Assembly (NCBI RefSeq): GCF_009914755.1
Contig: NC_060934.1
Direction: 5' to 3' (one strand)
Length of the DNA stretch: 64,000 nucleotides
DNA from: the human T2T-CHM13v2.0 reference genome, Homo sapiens
Of this stretch, positions 40,365-55,654 are shown in pieces. Below the pieces are notes generated by a model. That model did no database searches, was not told where the DNA came from, and saw only the letters and a list, made by a program, of their open reading frames with translations. How positions within the stretch are numbered: the stretch's first letter is position 1; each line of letters opens with the position of its first letter. Made by a program: the position numbers and the translations under genes.

Positions 40365-42844
40365 ACATTGTATTCCTTTGCATAGCTCTATCACAGTTTA
40401 TTTAACCAGCTCCCTCTGAACGGACACCTGGGCTGTTTCCAATTCCAGTCATGTATTGCTCTTGACACTGCCACAGTGAGGCCCCTTGTTCATCGTCATC
40501 TTGTACAAGTGCAGGCACATCCTTAGAATGAATCCCCAGCAGTGAGATCATTGGTCAAAGGGCACAAGCATCTGTGACTGTGGCTGGTTATTGCTGAGGG
40601 CTCCCCATTGGGATTGTGCCATTTTGCACCTCCCCAAGCAATGTACAAGAGGGAGCAATCCTTTTAACTCTTTTCATTGTTTCTTCTGCTAGCTGCCCCC
40701 ATGTCTCCAAATGTTATGCTCAGCCAGTTTCTTTTCTTCTCTTTTTTTTTTTTACCATCTTAACCTTATTTAAGCATACAATTCAATGGCAGTAAGTGCA
40801 TAATGTTTAAGTGTCACCAAAGCATTTATCCCAAACTGAAACTATGTGCCCATTAACAAGAACCCCCCATTCCCTCATCCATTCTTGTTTATGCTGGCAC
40901 TTGCCCATATAGCATAGTTGGAGGGAAATAAACCTTCCTGACAAATCCCCCAAAACACTCCCACTTGCTCTCTGAACCATCGTACTCGTTTAATAATAGA
41001 GGAACAAAGGCTTTCATTGTATGATAAGAGATTAGCCTTGTAGAAAAAAATTCTCCTGGAAGAAGAAATCAAAATCTTTAAATTTCACATAAACTTGTGA
41101 ATGGCTCCTTTCTATATGCAGCTCTCTGTGTGGGTCAGGTAGAGGATGCTGGAAAGGGCAGTGGGGATGGTATATCCCATGGTATGTGGGGTCAGGGGAC
41201 TCAGAAAAAGAATGCTATATTTTATCTACTTCTTAGTCTAAGGACTAAGTTGCCTAGCTGTCGGATAGAGGAGAGTGAATTTGGCTTTGCACCCAGCAAG
41301 TACTTGGTTTTCTAAGACATGCAGTTCTGTGGGCACCTCCCTAATGCCATCGCCCTCTCCCCAGATTTCCCAGCTGTGTCAATATTCCTCTTCCCAAGCT
41401 CCAAGCCACCTGAGGACCACATGCCAGGGGGCATTGAGAGATAGGTAGGATGAGGCTGAGAGAGCAAAGGAAGTAACAGTAAGTAGAAAGGACGCTGCAC
41501 ATAAAGTGACAAGCTATGTGGACAAGATGATGTATGTAAAGTGCTTAGTAGGGGGTCTGTATCCAGCTACTGTTCAGTGAATGGTGATGATGATGCAGAT
41601 GACCGAAAATGATAATGGTAATGATGACAAATTCCTCAAAAATCAGCTGCCTGAGTAGTGGCTCAGCTCCTAAATATTGGAGCAGCTAACCTCCTTATAC
41701 TGATCTGAAATCCAATCCCTCCAACTTCCAATGGGTCTTAATTCTACATTGGGCCACCCACAATCTGATTACACTTCCCATTACACACACGTCAGTGGGT
41801 TAAAGACAGCAATGGTTCCTCCTGGTATCTCCTCTTCTTCAATCTGAATATCTCATCATTCTTCAAACATCCTTCAGAAAACTTGGTTTCTAGACCCTCA
41901 TGAAGCATTTTGACAGATTGAAACAAGGGAGACATGAGGAGAGGAGCTCCATTCCATGAAAGTGAGATGGGCCACAGATGAGAGGCAGGTAGAATTTGAG
42001 ACCCAGGGACAGAGGAAACAGGGTGAGAAAGGAGTGACTCCTTGGGTCAGAGGCCCAAAGAAGTGACTCTTCAGAACTTAGTTCAGAGCAGTGATCCGTG
42101 AGAGCACCAATACAGGACTATCAGCCGGGTTAGCCCTGGACCAAGGAATGCCAGGATTTGATAGGGCTCCATGGCTGAGTCCCTGGGAATTCTGCTATTT
42201 CATTACTAAATCTCTGAGGTTCACCTCCATGTGAGCCCATCTAAGTAGGGTATTAAGAAGGTTCTTAACACCCCCCCAAAGTCACCCTTTCCATCTTTAG
42301 GTGGAAAGTTATGCTATGAAGACTTTGGCCTCCACATTCCAGGGGCTAAGTCCCACCCTTGAACAGAAAATGTCTCCCTCATTTCCCTGTAATAACTTGG
42401 TGGCATTGCAGGACAGAGTAGAGGGACAATGTATAGTAGAACAGGCAGGGGATACTGAGTGGCTTTGTTCCCCTCCCTGGAAATCCCTGTGGACCCAAAG
42501 ACTATACAGGAGCAGTGGCATTATCACTGAGATCTACTAATTGATAGTGGTTAATAGTGATAATCTGATTAATCTATTAACCTAGTTAATAGGTTGGCAG
42601 ATCCCTGGTGTTTACTTCAATTAGATCCCATGCATTTGCACATTTTTTTAGTCCTAGGTGATTTTTTTCATCTCAAGTTATCCAAGTATTTGTCCTCTGC
42701 TGCAACTCAAAGGCTTGTTTTCCTAAACATTCATTCATCACTTTCCATTGAGAAAATCTCCATCCATTATTCTTCCTCCTTACATCACTCTTTAGTTCTA
42801 AAAACCTCCCCAGTGCAAATACCACATCAACACTCCCTTTTTCT

Positions 42845-43103
42845 TTTCTGTTTTTTAAAATTATTTTTTATTATACTTTATGTTCTGGGATACATGTGCA
42901 GAATGTGCAGGTTTGTTACATAGGTATGCACTTGCCATGGTAGTTTGCTACACCCATCAACCCATCATCTACATTAGGTATTTCTCCTAATGTTCTCCCT
43001 CCTCAAGCCCCCCACCCCCTGACAGGCCCCAGTATGTGATATTCCCCTCCCTGTGTCCATGTGTTCTCATTGTTCAACTCCCACTTATGAGTGAGAACAT
43101 GCG
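42845..43103 (-). mobile_element. 5'-truncated L1PA 3' end
   Basis: gggatacatgtgcagaatgtgcaggtttgttacatagg...ttcaactcccacttatgagtgagaacatgcg; ~17-bp TSD TCAACA(CT/TC)CCCTTTTTCT. Confidence 0.93.
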
Positions 43104-45120
43104 TCAACATCCCCTTTTTCTATTAAGCCTAGCAGCATTCCAAAAAGGAAGGTAGATGTAGTCTTTCATACAGAGAATAAAGCACTGAGAAAGAAAGTTC
43201 ATGCCCATCTGGTGTCCTCTCTTAAGGAAGCCACCACCACAACAGTGAACAGATGAGCAATCATTGGCTCCCTACTTCTCCCAGCTCACTGGACTCAGGG
43301 CCACATAGCCAAGTACAAGATGCCTGGTTGGTATAAAGAGTTCCCAATTATATCACCAGGCCTGGTTATTTCTGCATGCCAGGACAGATCCAGGTGGCCC
43401 ACACTGGGGGGCCTGGGAGCTACCTTCATTTTTGGATTCACCTTCACAGTGTATGGATGTGAAGCTCAAGTTCAGGCTCTGTTTCTGCCTTGGCCCCAGG
43501 GAGAAGATATGTGCAGTGGCACGTAGCCACCATTGCCACCTCCCAAGTTGTGGCTACAAGTTCTTCCTGGCAAAGTCCATCTTCATTGATGCTCTCCAAT
43601 TTCCCTCTCCACCCACCATCTCTTTTCTTTTTTGGATGATAATGACTGCCTGAGTTAGCTCTTATGAGTCAATTCCACCTATTTTTGGTCAAACTCCACT
43701 CCTGGTTTGGTCCTCTTCCAAGACAAATCCAGAAGCCACAGGGGGCTGGAGAGTTGCCCTGGCAGAGAGTTGCCCAACAGAACTTCAATTAATTTCCCAG
43801 GTTGCCATCAGGACCTCCGACATGGGAGTGGAGCTCAGCGTCCAAGCCTGGCAGGGAAGTTGGCTGGCATTTGGGGAAGACATTTAGGATGCTGGGTCCT
43901 CCTTACTTATGCCTTTAAATATGAGGACCAGTTCCTGACTCCAATGCTCTCCCAAACACAATGGGGCCCAATATTAGAATTCCACATATTTTCTAAATTC
44001 AAAAGTCAGAATGAAGGAGAGGTGGAGAAAGACAGCGACACCAACGAAGACACAGAAGCAGACAGAAAGCTGAGAGAGGCAGAGAGGCAGACTACAGGAA
44101 CAGAGGGAGCCTCGTTCCAAGTTGCCTAGCCCATTTCTCACACTCAGACACTTAACTGTGCTCACCCCTCATGTTCAAACTCATGCCCCTCTTGTTCCCC
44201 AGCACCTGCAGTGGTTCTAGAATTTTTATGTAAGAAGTTGACCATCTAGTTGGAAGAGGGGCTAAGGAACTAGCTTTGAGGCTGCATTTGCATACTGGGC
44301 ACACTTTTGGTTTTGACTAAGTGCTCACTTGGTGTGGCCAATGGGAACTGTCAGGGGGTTTCCACTGCCCAGTACAATTTCTGTTCCATCAATCCTGCCA
44401 CGTGGTCCAGTCATTCTCTTGCCCCTCAACTCATGATGTCCAGACTCATGTGCCTAGTTGTGCTCATTTCACTTCCTTCCTTTTACCCAGACTCTGCAAA
44501 GACCTTCCCAGGCTCCATGTCTCAATGAGACCCAATTAAATACCATATTGCTCACTTATGTGGCAGCTGGGTACAGTATCTGGCTGGATGCCAGGGACTG
44601 CCTACAAGCCTTGCATCTGTACAGGACTTTGCAGTCTGCAAAGTGCTTTTGCATCCAGCATCTTATCCAACTCTCACAACAGCCTTACATGGTAGCTAGG
44701 AGAGTAAGGGTCATTGTTCCATCTTAAAGATGAGGAGAGACAAGAATGGTAGCAGGTACACCAACTTTAGACACACAGACCCGCATGGAAACCCCATCTC
44801 TGATGTCTATTGCTTTGGGTGAGCTGGGACAGTTCTGAGTCTCAGTTTTCTCATCTCTAAAATGGGCCCATAGTTACCTACCTTGCAAAATTGTGTTAGA
44901 TCTAGAGGTAACATATTTAAGGTGCCTAGCAAAGTACATGGAATCGGGTATAAGCTAAATGGTAGCAATTTTGAAGATTGATGATGATGATAGTGGTGGT
45001 GGTGGTGATCATAGTGACTGTACTAACCAAGATGTTAGTAGTGGTTTTATTGTTTACCTATACTTTCTATCTTTTCTATAGTTAATCATGACTAGCATGA
45101 TTTATGAAAAAATGGTTTAA

Positions 45121-45477
<357 letters not shown>

Positions 45478-46034
45478 TAGTTCTGCAAAAACTCCACCAG
45501 GAAGCTGGCAGCCCTGGGCAGGTGCTGTCTGAATGCCTGGCCAAAGCCTCATTCCCCACGCTCCATCTCACTCACCACGTATTCAAGTCCAGGTAATTGT
45601 GCCCAGCAGCTACCAGTTCCCATGTAATTGTCCCCAAATTGCTCCGGGTGGCCTTTCCAGGCAGAAGCTCTCCACAATTAGTCCTTTCATCAAGATGTTG
45701 AAAGACAAGTGATTATTTTGGGGAATTACGTGTCAGCAAGAAGATGCAGCTTTAATAGGGCACTATAGGGCCCTCATGTTAATTACAATCTGGAAGATAC
45801 TATCACATCATTTCTTCATCCACAGCTCATTAGGCATTCCAGCCTCAGCTCCCTGACATGACTGTGGATTTGTTACAATGTGCGAAGGAAAAAAAGTATC
45901 TCAAATGAGGACAGTGTAAGGATTCTGTGGATGCACCCATATGCAGGTGGTCAGCAAACATCTTAATAAGCCTAATCTTGTCTTGGATTCAAAGTAACAT
46001 GTATACCTATGAGAGCAAGCATATCCATGCACAC

Positions 46035-46036
<2 letters not shown>

Positions 46037-46069
<33 letters not shown>
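46037..46069. repeat. (CA)n microsatellite
   Basis: Direct reading. Confidence 0.95.
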
Positions 46070-46072
<3 letters not shown>

Positions 46073-46354
46073 GCACTCTTAGAACATCTTGCGAAAAATA
46101 TCCAAATGCTTCCTGATTACATTCTTCTGCTTCACTTTCTTTAGCTTTTTTTAAGCAATGAGGAGTTATTTTTTGAAATAGGAAACCAAAATCTTCAATT
46201 AAGTATTCAGTATTTCTTGAGGGCCTACATATGGCCAAGTCTGGTGTGGGTACCCCAGGGGATAACAGAGAAAAACACATGTCCTCATGGAGTTTATAAT
46301 CTCATTAGGGAGAAAGAATCAGTGCCCACAAAACAAAGCACTAAAGAAACAACA

Positions 46355-46724
<370 letters not shown>

Positions 46725-46859
46725 TTAAATGCCTCTGGCACTCTGAGAGAAAGGTCTGGGCATAAGGGATCTCAGGAAAAAGTAAAAACCAAACTGGGCT
46801 TAGCCTGGAGGGATGAGTCATGTTGTACAGGCATGAGACAAACATATAGAATGGTCTTT

Positions 46860-47980
46860 CTTGAGAAGAGGGGATAGAAGGCAGAAGACAATGAGAGAGA
46901 CAGAGAAAGAGGCAGAGGAGAGAGAGAAAGAGAAAATGAGAGAGGGAGGGGGAAAGGGAGGGAGAGAATCAGGGAGGGAGAGAATGAGAGAGGGAAAGGA
47001 AGAGAGGGAGGGAGAGAATGAGAGAGGAAGGCGGAGGGAGGGAGAGAATGAGAGAGGAAGGGGGAGGGAGAGAATGAGAGAGGAAGGGGGAGGGAGGGAG
47101 AGAATGAGAGAGGAAAAGGGGAGAGAGGGAGGGAGAGAATGAGAGAGGAAGGGGAAGAGAGGGAGGGAAAGAATGAGAGAGGGAGGGGAAGAGAGGAAGG
47201 GGGAGAATGAGAGAGGGAGGGGGAGAGAGAAAGAGGGAGAGAATGAGAGAGGAAGGGGGAGGGAGGGAGAGAATGAGAGAGGAAAGGGAGAGAGAGGGAG
47301 GGAGAGAATGAGAGGAAGGGGAAGACAGGGAGGGAGAGAATGAGAGAGGAAGGGGAAGAAAGGGAGGGAAAGAATGAGAGACGGAGGGGAAGAGAGGAAG
47401 GGGGAGAATGAGAGGGGGGGGAGAGAGAAAGAGGGAAAGAATGAGACAGGAAGGGGAGGAGAGAATGAGAGAAGGGAGAGAGAAAGGAAGAGAGAGAAAA
47501 GAGAGACAGACTAGGGGAGAGAAAGAAAAAGGGGGAAGAAATACGAAGAGCAGTGGGGACAGAGGGGGAACAGAGAGACAGAGAGAATGAGGGGGAGACA
47601 GGGAGACTGGCAGAGACAGGGAGAAAGAGAGTAACAGGGAGACAGAGAAAGAGAGAGACACAGGGAGAAACAGAAAGAGAGAGGAGAGAGCAATAGGGAG
47701 AGAGAGGGACAGGGAGAGAGAGACAGAGGGAGAGACAGAAAGAGAGAGGGGAGAGGGACAGGGAGAGACAGAGAAGAGAAAGAGAGACTTGGGGGAGAGA
47801 AAGAGGGGCAGAAATATGAGAGGAGGAGGGAGGAGAGGTGGGGAAGGGAGGACAGGGAGACAGAATGAGGGAGGGGGAGAAAGAGAGGTAGAGAGAGATG
47901 GACAGAGGGGAGAGGGAGGAAGACAGTCAGGGAGAGAGAGAGAATGAGGGCATGAGAGAATGGGAGAGGGAGGGAGGGAC
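46860..47980 (+). repeat. ~1.1-kb polypurine GA-rich minisatellite (core GGGAGAGAATGAGAGAGGAAGG)
   Basis: About 16 GAATGAG-anchored units at 46981-47470, degenerate GAGACAG units beyond. Confidence 0.92.
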
Positions 47981-48288
47981 GGCACACAAACACGTAAAGG
48001 AGAGGAGGGAAATTGCCAAGCAATGGAGACCCGGAGAGTGATCTTGAATAGCAGACAGAAGGTTGGGGTGACTGAAGAGAGCACTATTTCACATTCTTAG
48101 GCAGAGTGTAAGGTGGTAACAGAAGTGAGCTAAGTATTTGTGAAGGTCACTGGGGACGCTGTGTCCAGATCTTTGGAACCCTGCTCTTTTGGAGGAACTT
48201 CATGGAGCTAGCTGAGCTCGTTGAGCCTCTCAGGTTGTCAATTTCTCTTAGAAGTAAAAGAGCGCTGACTGCGGAAGTGAGAGGCAGG

Positions 48289-48337
48289 GGGTGTGTGCAT
48301 GTGCGTGAGTGTGTGTGTGTGTGTGTGTGTATGTGTG
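48289..48337. repeat. Imperfect (TG)n tract
   Basis: Direct reading. Confidence 0.9.
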
Positions 48338-50949
48338 CAAGTGCGCTACATGCTGCCTTGATGAGACCATCTGATAGGTCCCTGCCATGCCAACCTGGCA
48401 CTCTTGTTCTTTGGGCACAGATGAAAGAGCTGGGATAAAACCAGCTGGGATTAGGGAGTTAATGATGTGCTTGGCCTTGGGAAAGTTTGAGGAGATCTGG
48501 CTTCCTCAATCTTGTTACGCAATTTATAACCCCGTCTTCCAACTCGGCAGCCCCTCCTTCCATGTCAGTATTATTCTTGACTAAGAATTGCTCTTGCTTG
48601 CTGAGGGTGTACCTATTTGTGGATTGCTTGTCACCTACAGTTGAAGGGAACTCAGATTCCTAAAGGGCAGTGTCCTCAGATTTAGTCCATTTTTGTCCAG
48701 CCTGTAAGTATGAGCTGCCATGTTCATTTTCCCCCTACCACCCAAGCCAAGTCATTTTAGGGTCTGGCCGCAGGAGGCCAGTGCTGGGTCAGCTTTGAGC
48801 CACGGCAGGAGGTTTACAGGGATTAAGGCAAAGCGAGGGACACCAGATTTGGTTTCAAAGTGATATTCACCAGGATATTGGATTGCATTTTAAGGAGCTA
48901 CTAATGGAGATGTGGGTGAGTGGGGGCCAGCCCCTGAAGATTTTCCATTCCGATAGTGAAATCGAGTCGCCCAGTGCAGGCTGTCATATGGGGCTGCTGC
49001 TCTACTTTGCTTGTTTAGAGGGGAGTCAATGACAGTGGAAGGCCTTGTACCAGGGCCAGGGATGGGAAAAGCCACCACAGGCCTCTCTGTCTTCCTGAAC
49101 CTGTGGACCACCAGTGTAGGCTCAGGAGTAGATAGAGACAATAAGGGGTGCTGGGAGATCCTCCTACCAAAATTTCCCCATTAATGACTCCTCTGCAGAC
49201 AGCCAGGAAGGCTTTGGGGGTCTCTGAGAACCCCTTATATAGCATCAATAATCACAGAGACACAGGAGGGGGAACCTGACATGGTGTGAGGGGAGAATAA
49301 GAGAAGGGATAAGGAGCAAAGAGTGGACCTGTAGCTGAATACAAAGCCTAACAGGATCAGAATTCAGTCTGGGCTCTGGGAGGGGGTGAAACACTAGCTA
49401 AACGTTACTGACATCACTATTTCGCCAAGGTCAGCCTTCAGGGACACAAGGCCTTCAGTGTTGCTGACTCAGAAGTTACCTTTTAATGCAAAGCCTATGC
49501 TTAATCCCTCTCATCTCTCCTTACCACCAGGCCAAACTGTTTACCCATCCCTCTTGGAGCCTGCGGTCTCCGGCCTCCCTGCCTTCCCCAGGGGCCATTC
49601 ACAGCACCTCCTCCAAGTCACCTTCTAGGCACTGTGGAAGAAGCTTTAGCCTGGGGGTCCCCAGGGCTGGAATTCTAGCTGTGACACTGGTGGTGGTTGG
49701 ACCTTGTGACCCTCCACCTTGCTGAGAGTCAATTCATGGATGTCATTATCTCTAACTCTTGAGTCCTAGTGCAGATTAAAGGAAATAATGAATGCATGTG
49801 AGGGGGCCAAGCACCAGGCTTGGCACCACAGTAGGTACTAAATTATTTCTCTCCCTTCAGAACTGAACCCCTGAGGTTGAGGACTGGGTGTTCTTGGTCT
49901 GTGCTTTGGGCCATCCCGAAGTGGCTGGAAAGGAGTGATGTGTTCAGGGAGGGCTACCAAGTAGCCAGTGGCCAAGGCCCCAGGGCTCTGAGTCACCCTC
50001 CACAGGGTCACCAACCAAGAGATCTAGCCTCCGCCTCTAAACCAAAGTTGAGTGACTGTTCCCAGCAGTTCCAAGAAGCAACAGCCAAGGCCTGTGGATC
50101 TGGATAAAGAGCTGAGAAACACCCTGGCCACTGTACATTCTGCTCCTCCCACACTGCTACCCTCCCCACCCCCAACCCTGCCCCACCTTCCCACTGTCCT
50201 ACTCTTTGCTGGCAGGGGCAAAATCAATCGCATCTTCAGGGGGATGAAATTCTCCCATTCACTCTCCTCTTCCCCTTCAGCTAGCAACTAAAAAAGTCAC
50301 ATTTTATTATCAAGATGGAAGATCTTAAGGGTGGTCAGTGAAAAGCAGCACAGCCCAACAGAAAGAACCAGAAGACTACGACATCATCCTGCTCTGCATT
50401 TATTAGCTGGGCAATCTTGAGCCAGTTGCTGAACCTCTCTGAACCGCCTTTTCCATATCTGTGAAATGACAATGAAAAAGGAAATCTTTGCAGGGCTTTT
50501 ATGAAGAAGGGAAAGCAAGACAGTGTATATGAAACGGCTTTGTTAACAGGAAGTGCTGTGAAAATATGAGGCGGTTATCAGAAAGAACATGCGTTGTAGG
50601 AGGTCACCTAAGGATATCTGTGATTGTGTCACCTCCTAGAACACATCTTGATTCCTGTGTTTGTTTCCTGTGTGATAGGCAGGGCCCTAAGCTAGAGGGA
50701 AGCTGCAGTGAACAAAAGGCCACATCCCTGCCCTGGAAGAGCTTACATTCTAGTCGGGGAAACAGACAGTGAATGAATAGCATGACATAGCATAGAGTTA
50801 TGGGCAGGAGATAAGCAGGTGAGGCTCAGGAAGTGTGGGGTGGCCAGAGTCACTATTGTAAAGAGAAGGGCCAGGGAGGAACCTTCTAAAGAGGGTTACT
50901 GGCTCTCCTAAGAGGCTTCTCATAGCAAACTCCCCCTCCTTCCGCTGAG

Positions 50950-51321
50950 AGGGTTTGATGGCAGGCAACAGATGACTTAGGACTCCTCTAATGGTCTTTA
51001 GGAACAGGAAGGCACCACCACCATTATCATGCAACATTGTTCTGGAAGTGCAAGCCAATGCAATTAGATAAGGAGAAAAATAAGAGGTAAATGTATTAGA
51101 AAGGAGGAAGCAAATTTAATATGATTTACAAATGATATGATTATATATCTAAATCAACTAAAAAACTTTAGAAACAAAAAGATAATTGACTTTGGTGGCT
51201 TCTTCTTATATAAACAACCACCAGTTAAGAGAATATACTGGAAGAAAAAGTACCATTTATAATATGAAGAAAAAGAAAAACACATCCAAGAATAAATTTC
51301 ACAAGAACTGTGCAGGATCTC

Positions 51322-51363
<42 letters not shown>

Positions 51364-52085
51364 TTAAACTGCCACTTAGGAATTTTAATCACACTTGAAT
51401 AAAAGACATATTCTTGAATACAAAATTTCAGTGTTGTAGAAGTTTTGGTTTTCCTTATTCAAAGCAATCCTTGTTAAAGTATCAGCATAATTTCTTTTGG
51501 CTATACAAACTTATTCTAAAGTTTATCTGGAAAAGCAAATATATGAGAATAGCTAGGAAAAATGATGGAGAAAAATGAAAGTGGGCAGATGGACTTCCTC
51601 ATCAGATATTTAAATGTATTTATTGTAAATCTACAACAAAACAATTCGGTAAAGTGCAATTTGGCACAGACAGATTTACAAGAGAGAGTCCAGATATAAA
51701 CCCAAATGCATATTGGAATTGGGTATACCATAAAGGTATAATTCAAATCAGTAATAAATAAATTACTCAATAAATAAAATGGGAAAACTGCTTAACCATT
51801 GGGGTTGGGAAAGAACTAAGCTGGAAACCCATTTCACACCTTATACTAAAACAAAATTACAGATGAAGCAAAAATTTAAACGTAAAACGTACACCTTAAA
51901 AGTTCCAGAAAGATACACAGATGACTTTAAAAATAATCTTAGGCTAGAGAGAGTCTCTGTATGCATAACACAAAACCCAAAAGTCATTAAAAATATTGAC
52001 CATGTAAAGTTGTGTAAGTCTGTAGGTTTAGAAAAATAGCATGTAAAAGGTCAAAAAACGAATACTAAACATATTTAGCATATAA
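50950..52085 (+). mobile_element. Ancient L1 ORF2 relic containing an A37 run (51325-51361)
   Basis: caacattgttctggaagtgcaagccaatgcaattaga; ttattctaaagtttatctggaaa; ttcacaccttatactaaa. Confidence 0.8.
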
Positions 52086-52094
52086 GTTAAATAG

Positions 52095-52505
52095 ACTACT
52101 TCTTGGGTATTTTGTGTACTAGTTAGGATAGGGGAACTACTATTATATTTAAAAAAAAAAAAGACCTAAAGTGTATGATGGTTCAAGTCAAGTGGTTTCA
52201 GTTAACCACAGAAAAGGGAACCCTCTCCTCTAAATCATTCAAAGACCAGGCTGACAGGTCTTACCAGCTCTAACCCCGGGTGTCATGGAGGCGAGTTGGT
52301 GGGAAGTTCCCATGGGCTAGGCTTGGCAGTAGCATATGTCATCTGTACGCACAGTCCCTTGGCTAGAACTCATTCACATAGCCATATCTACCCTAAACAG
52401 GGCTGAGAAATGTAGTCCCTCGCTAGATGCTTCTTCCCAGGGACAATTCTACACACCAGAATGCAGAGCACACATTTCTGATGAGCAGTTAGCCATCTCA
52501 GCCGC
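52095..52505 (-). mobile_element. Old LTR relic (LTR33/MLT1-like)
   Basis: tagttaggata...ttggctagaactcattcacatagcc...ggctgagaaatgtagtc. Confidence 0.5.
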
Positions 52506-53369
52506 ATCGTTCATGCATGTCACACGTAGAAAGGCAGAGGGCAAATATTGCTAAATTAAAAAGAGTTCCAGAAATCTATTCAAAAAGACAAGCAGAGCAG
52601 AGGCTATGAACTCACAGTTCATAGAACAGAAAATGCAGATACTCATCAAGCAAATGAAAAATCCTAAAGTTTGTAATAATTAAGCACATTAAAATAAAAG
52701 CAACAGGAAGATGCCACTTTTTATTTATCAGACTGGTAATGATGAAAACGTTTGGTAAGAGTTGATAAGTGTGTGTACCATACACACCTTCAAATACTGT
52801 TGGTGGGAGTATACATTAGTGTAACACTTTTGGAGAACGATTTGGTAATATCAATAATAATTTTAAATACATGTATCTTTTGTTTAACCCAACAATTCCA
52901 CACTAATAAATGTGTCCTATACTGGTTAAAGTACACTAAGTCATATGAATAAGAAAGCTCATTGATGCATTGTATATATTAGCAAAAAAGCAAAGTAGAC
53001 AGACAAAAACTAGGAACAATTTGTATATCTACCAGTAAGAAACATATGTCTATATAATGGACGTGGTACAGTCTGTTAAGAGAATAATGTGGATCCATTT
53101 GTCCTAACAGAAAGATCTCCAAAATACCCAGAAGATGCTCACTTAATGGGTCTTCACTTAACAGACTTACCACATCGTGTGATGCTTAGTCCCTCCAGAA
53201 AATACACCACGTGATGAACATGGCCTACTCTCTGGCATTCCAGGACCCTTCTCCTACAAGTTGAGTAGGGGGCTTAGCAGGAGCAATTGTGTTTGTCGCC
53301 AGGCCTGGTTACTCAAGTTGCATTTGTTATTTTTTATTCATAACTAAATACTACGAAAGAACTAATTGA

Positions 53370-53710
53370 GCATGAGTACAAAATAAGAGTCAGTTCTCTG
53401 AAAGCTAAGGGAAATGCTTTGAAAATACTCAACATAAGTGAGTTTTTACCAAAAACCAAAATGATGTTAAAATAGATGTGAGGTGACTGTGAAAGACGGC
53501 AGGCAGGAGTGATCTGGGGAGGTTTCTACTCTCAGATATCTTGCAAAATATCTTTAAATTCTCATTCCAACTTCGGGAAAGAAACGTAAACCACAAATTG
53601 TAGATTACGCATTACTCATTACAGGTATGGTTTTGACTGACAGTAATATGGGACTCCAATTAGCTGATGCATCCTCATAAAAGAAGAGCCTTAATATCAC
53701 ATTAAAAGTT
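53370..53710 (+). mobile_element. Possible Tigger transposase 5' relic
   Basis: Degenerate gtatggttt...ggactccaattagc...aaaagaagagcc resembling the WF...G.PIS...EKA CENP-B HTH region. Confidence 0.4.
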
Positions 53711-53868
53711 CATCCACAGATACCTATGAGCTTAAAGATGGATTTTGTAGGTGCAATAATATTGTTATTACGTTCATTTGTTTGAATTTTTACCTTTTAG
53801 AGATGCAGGCTGAAATATTAGGGAATGAGTAAAATTACATCTGAGATTGGTTTCAAAGTAATAATGCA

Positions 53869-54160
<292 letters not shown>

Positions 54161-55121
54161 TGATAACAGTGGGAGGGCAGATACAGATGAAACAAACTTG
54201 GCTGTGATTTGGTAATTTTTGAAGCTGAATGATGGGCCCATGAGGGTTTATTATACTATTCTGCCTAATTTTTGTATATGTTTAATATTTTCCATAATAA
54301 AAAGTAGAAAAAAAGTCAGAATAATATGTGTTTATATATCATAAATTAGAATAAAATGTTTAAAGTATGCATATATAATTTTTATAACTACTCTCTTAAC
54401 CTGCTCTTTAAAATTAACCAGCAGTGACAGCATCAGATAAAAGGGTTTTGGCTATATCATTTTTTTAAGGGTATAGATACAGTATGATTGTATTATACTT
54501 AAATATGCTGGTAGATGTATCTGTAGTGATGTCAGTTTTACCCCAACACAAGGAAACATCACAGCACTTTTCTAAAATCAAATTTAATTTACTCCAAGTC
54601 CCCATCCCACCAGTGATAAAAGTGTTCATCTCAAGCATTCCAGAGTTTCTTCTCACTCCATCTAGTGGGCATTCACTAAGGGAAATTATCATTGCTCTCT
54701 TCCTCTTCCTCCTCCTCCTCCTCCTCTTCCTGGTCAAGATAGTAACAAAACAACAAAACTCTACCATAGAAACAGACCCCATTCCTTTATCCTGGTGCCA
54801 GAAGTCACCACTGCCCCTCCACAACTCAAGCTCCCAAATAACTGCCTCCCTGCTCCCTTCTCTCTGTCCCCAGCCTTCACGCCAGGCACATACAGGGATG
54901 TAACTGACCTCCGTGAGGCTGACAAAGGCAGGTCAGGGCATTCTGTCCAGGCACTTCTCAAGCATCTCCATGGACCTCAATCTCCCTGTACAAGAGTCCA
55001 GCCCTGCCCTGCCACAGAGAGAAGCGGAGGACAGCCCACCTTCTTCTGAAAAAAGATACAGCAACTGAACCTGCCTTTACATCCATCCTGGCTGGATGGT
55101 ACATCTTCTCTAACACCCTGC

Positions 55122-55505
55122 TGATATAGTTTGGCTCTGTGTCCCCACCCAAATCTCATGTCGAATTGTAATCCCTACATGTTGCAGGAGGGACCTGGAG
55201 GGAGGTGACTGGATCATAAGATTGGATTTCCACCATGCTGTTCTCATGATAGTGAGTGAGTTCTCACAAGATCTGGTTGTTTAAAAGTGTGTAGCACATC
55301 CCCCTTCACTCTCTCTCTTCTACTGCCATGTGAATACATGCTTGCTTCCCCTTTGCCCTTCTGCTATGATTGTATGTTTCCTGAGGCCTCCCCAGCCATG
55401 CCTCCTGTACAGCCTGTGGAACTGTGAGTCAACTAAACCACTTTTCTTTTTAAATTACCCAGTCTCAGATAGTTCTTTATAGCAGTGTGAGAATGAACTA
55501 ATACA
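55122..55505 (+). mobile_element. MSTA/THE1-type MaLR solo LTR
   Basis: tgatatagtttggctctgtgtccccacccaaatctc...aactaataca; TSD CCTGC. Confidence 0.93.
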
Positions 55506-55654
55506 CCTGCCTCATCCCAAGTTTGCCCTTCTCCAGAAAAGGTGGCTAACTCAGAAAGCTCTTGTCACTTTGAAGTAAGTGAAGCTCTTCCATTTCTGGA
55601 GTCTTGAGGGCCCTCCCTTCTGAAAGCTTGTCTGTCCCTAAGCATCTCTCCTAA

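Noticed and set aside
46969-48084. 371-aa Leu/Ser/Pro ORF
   Set aside because: Translation of the polypyrimidine strand of the GA minisatellite
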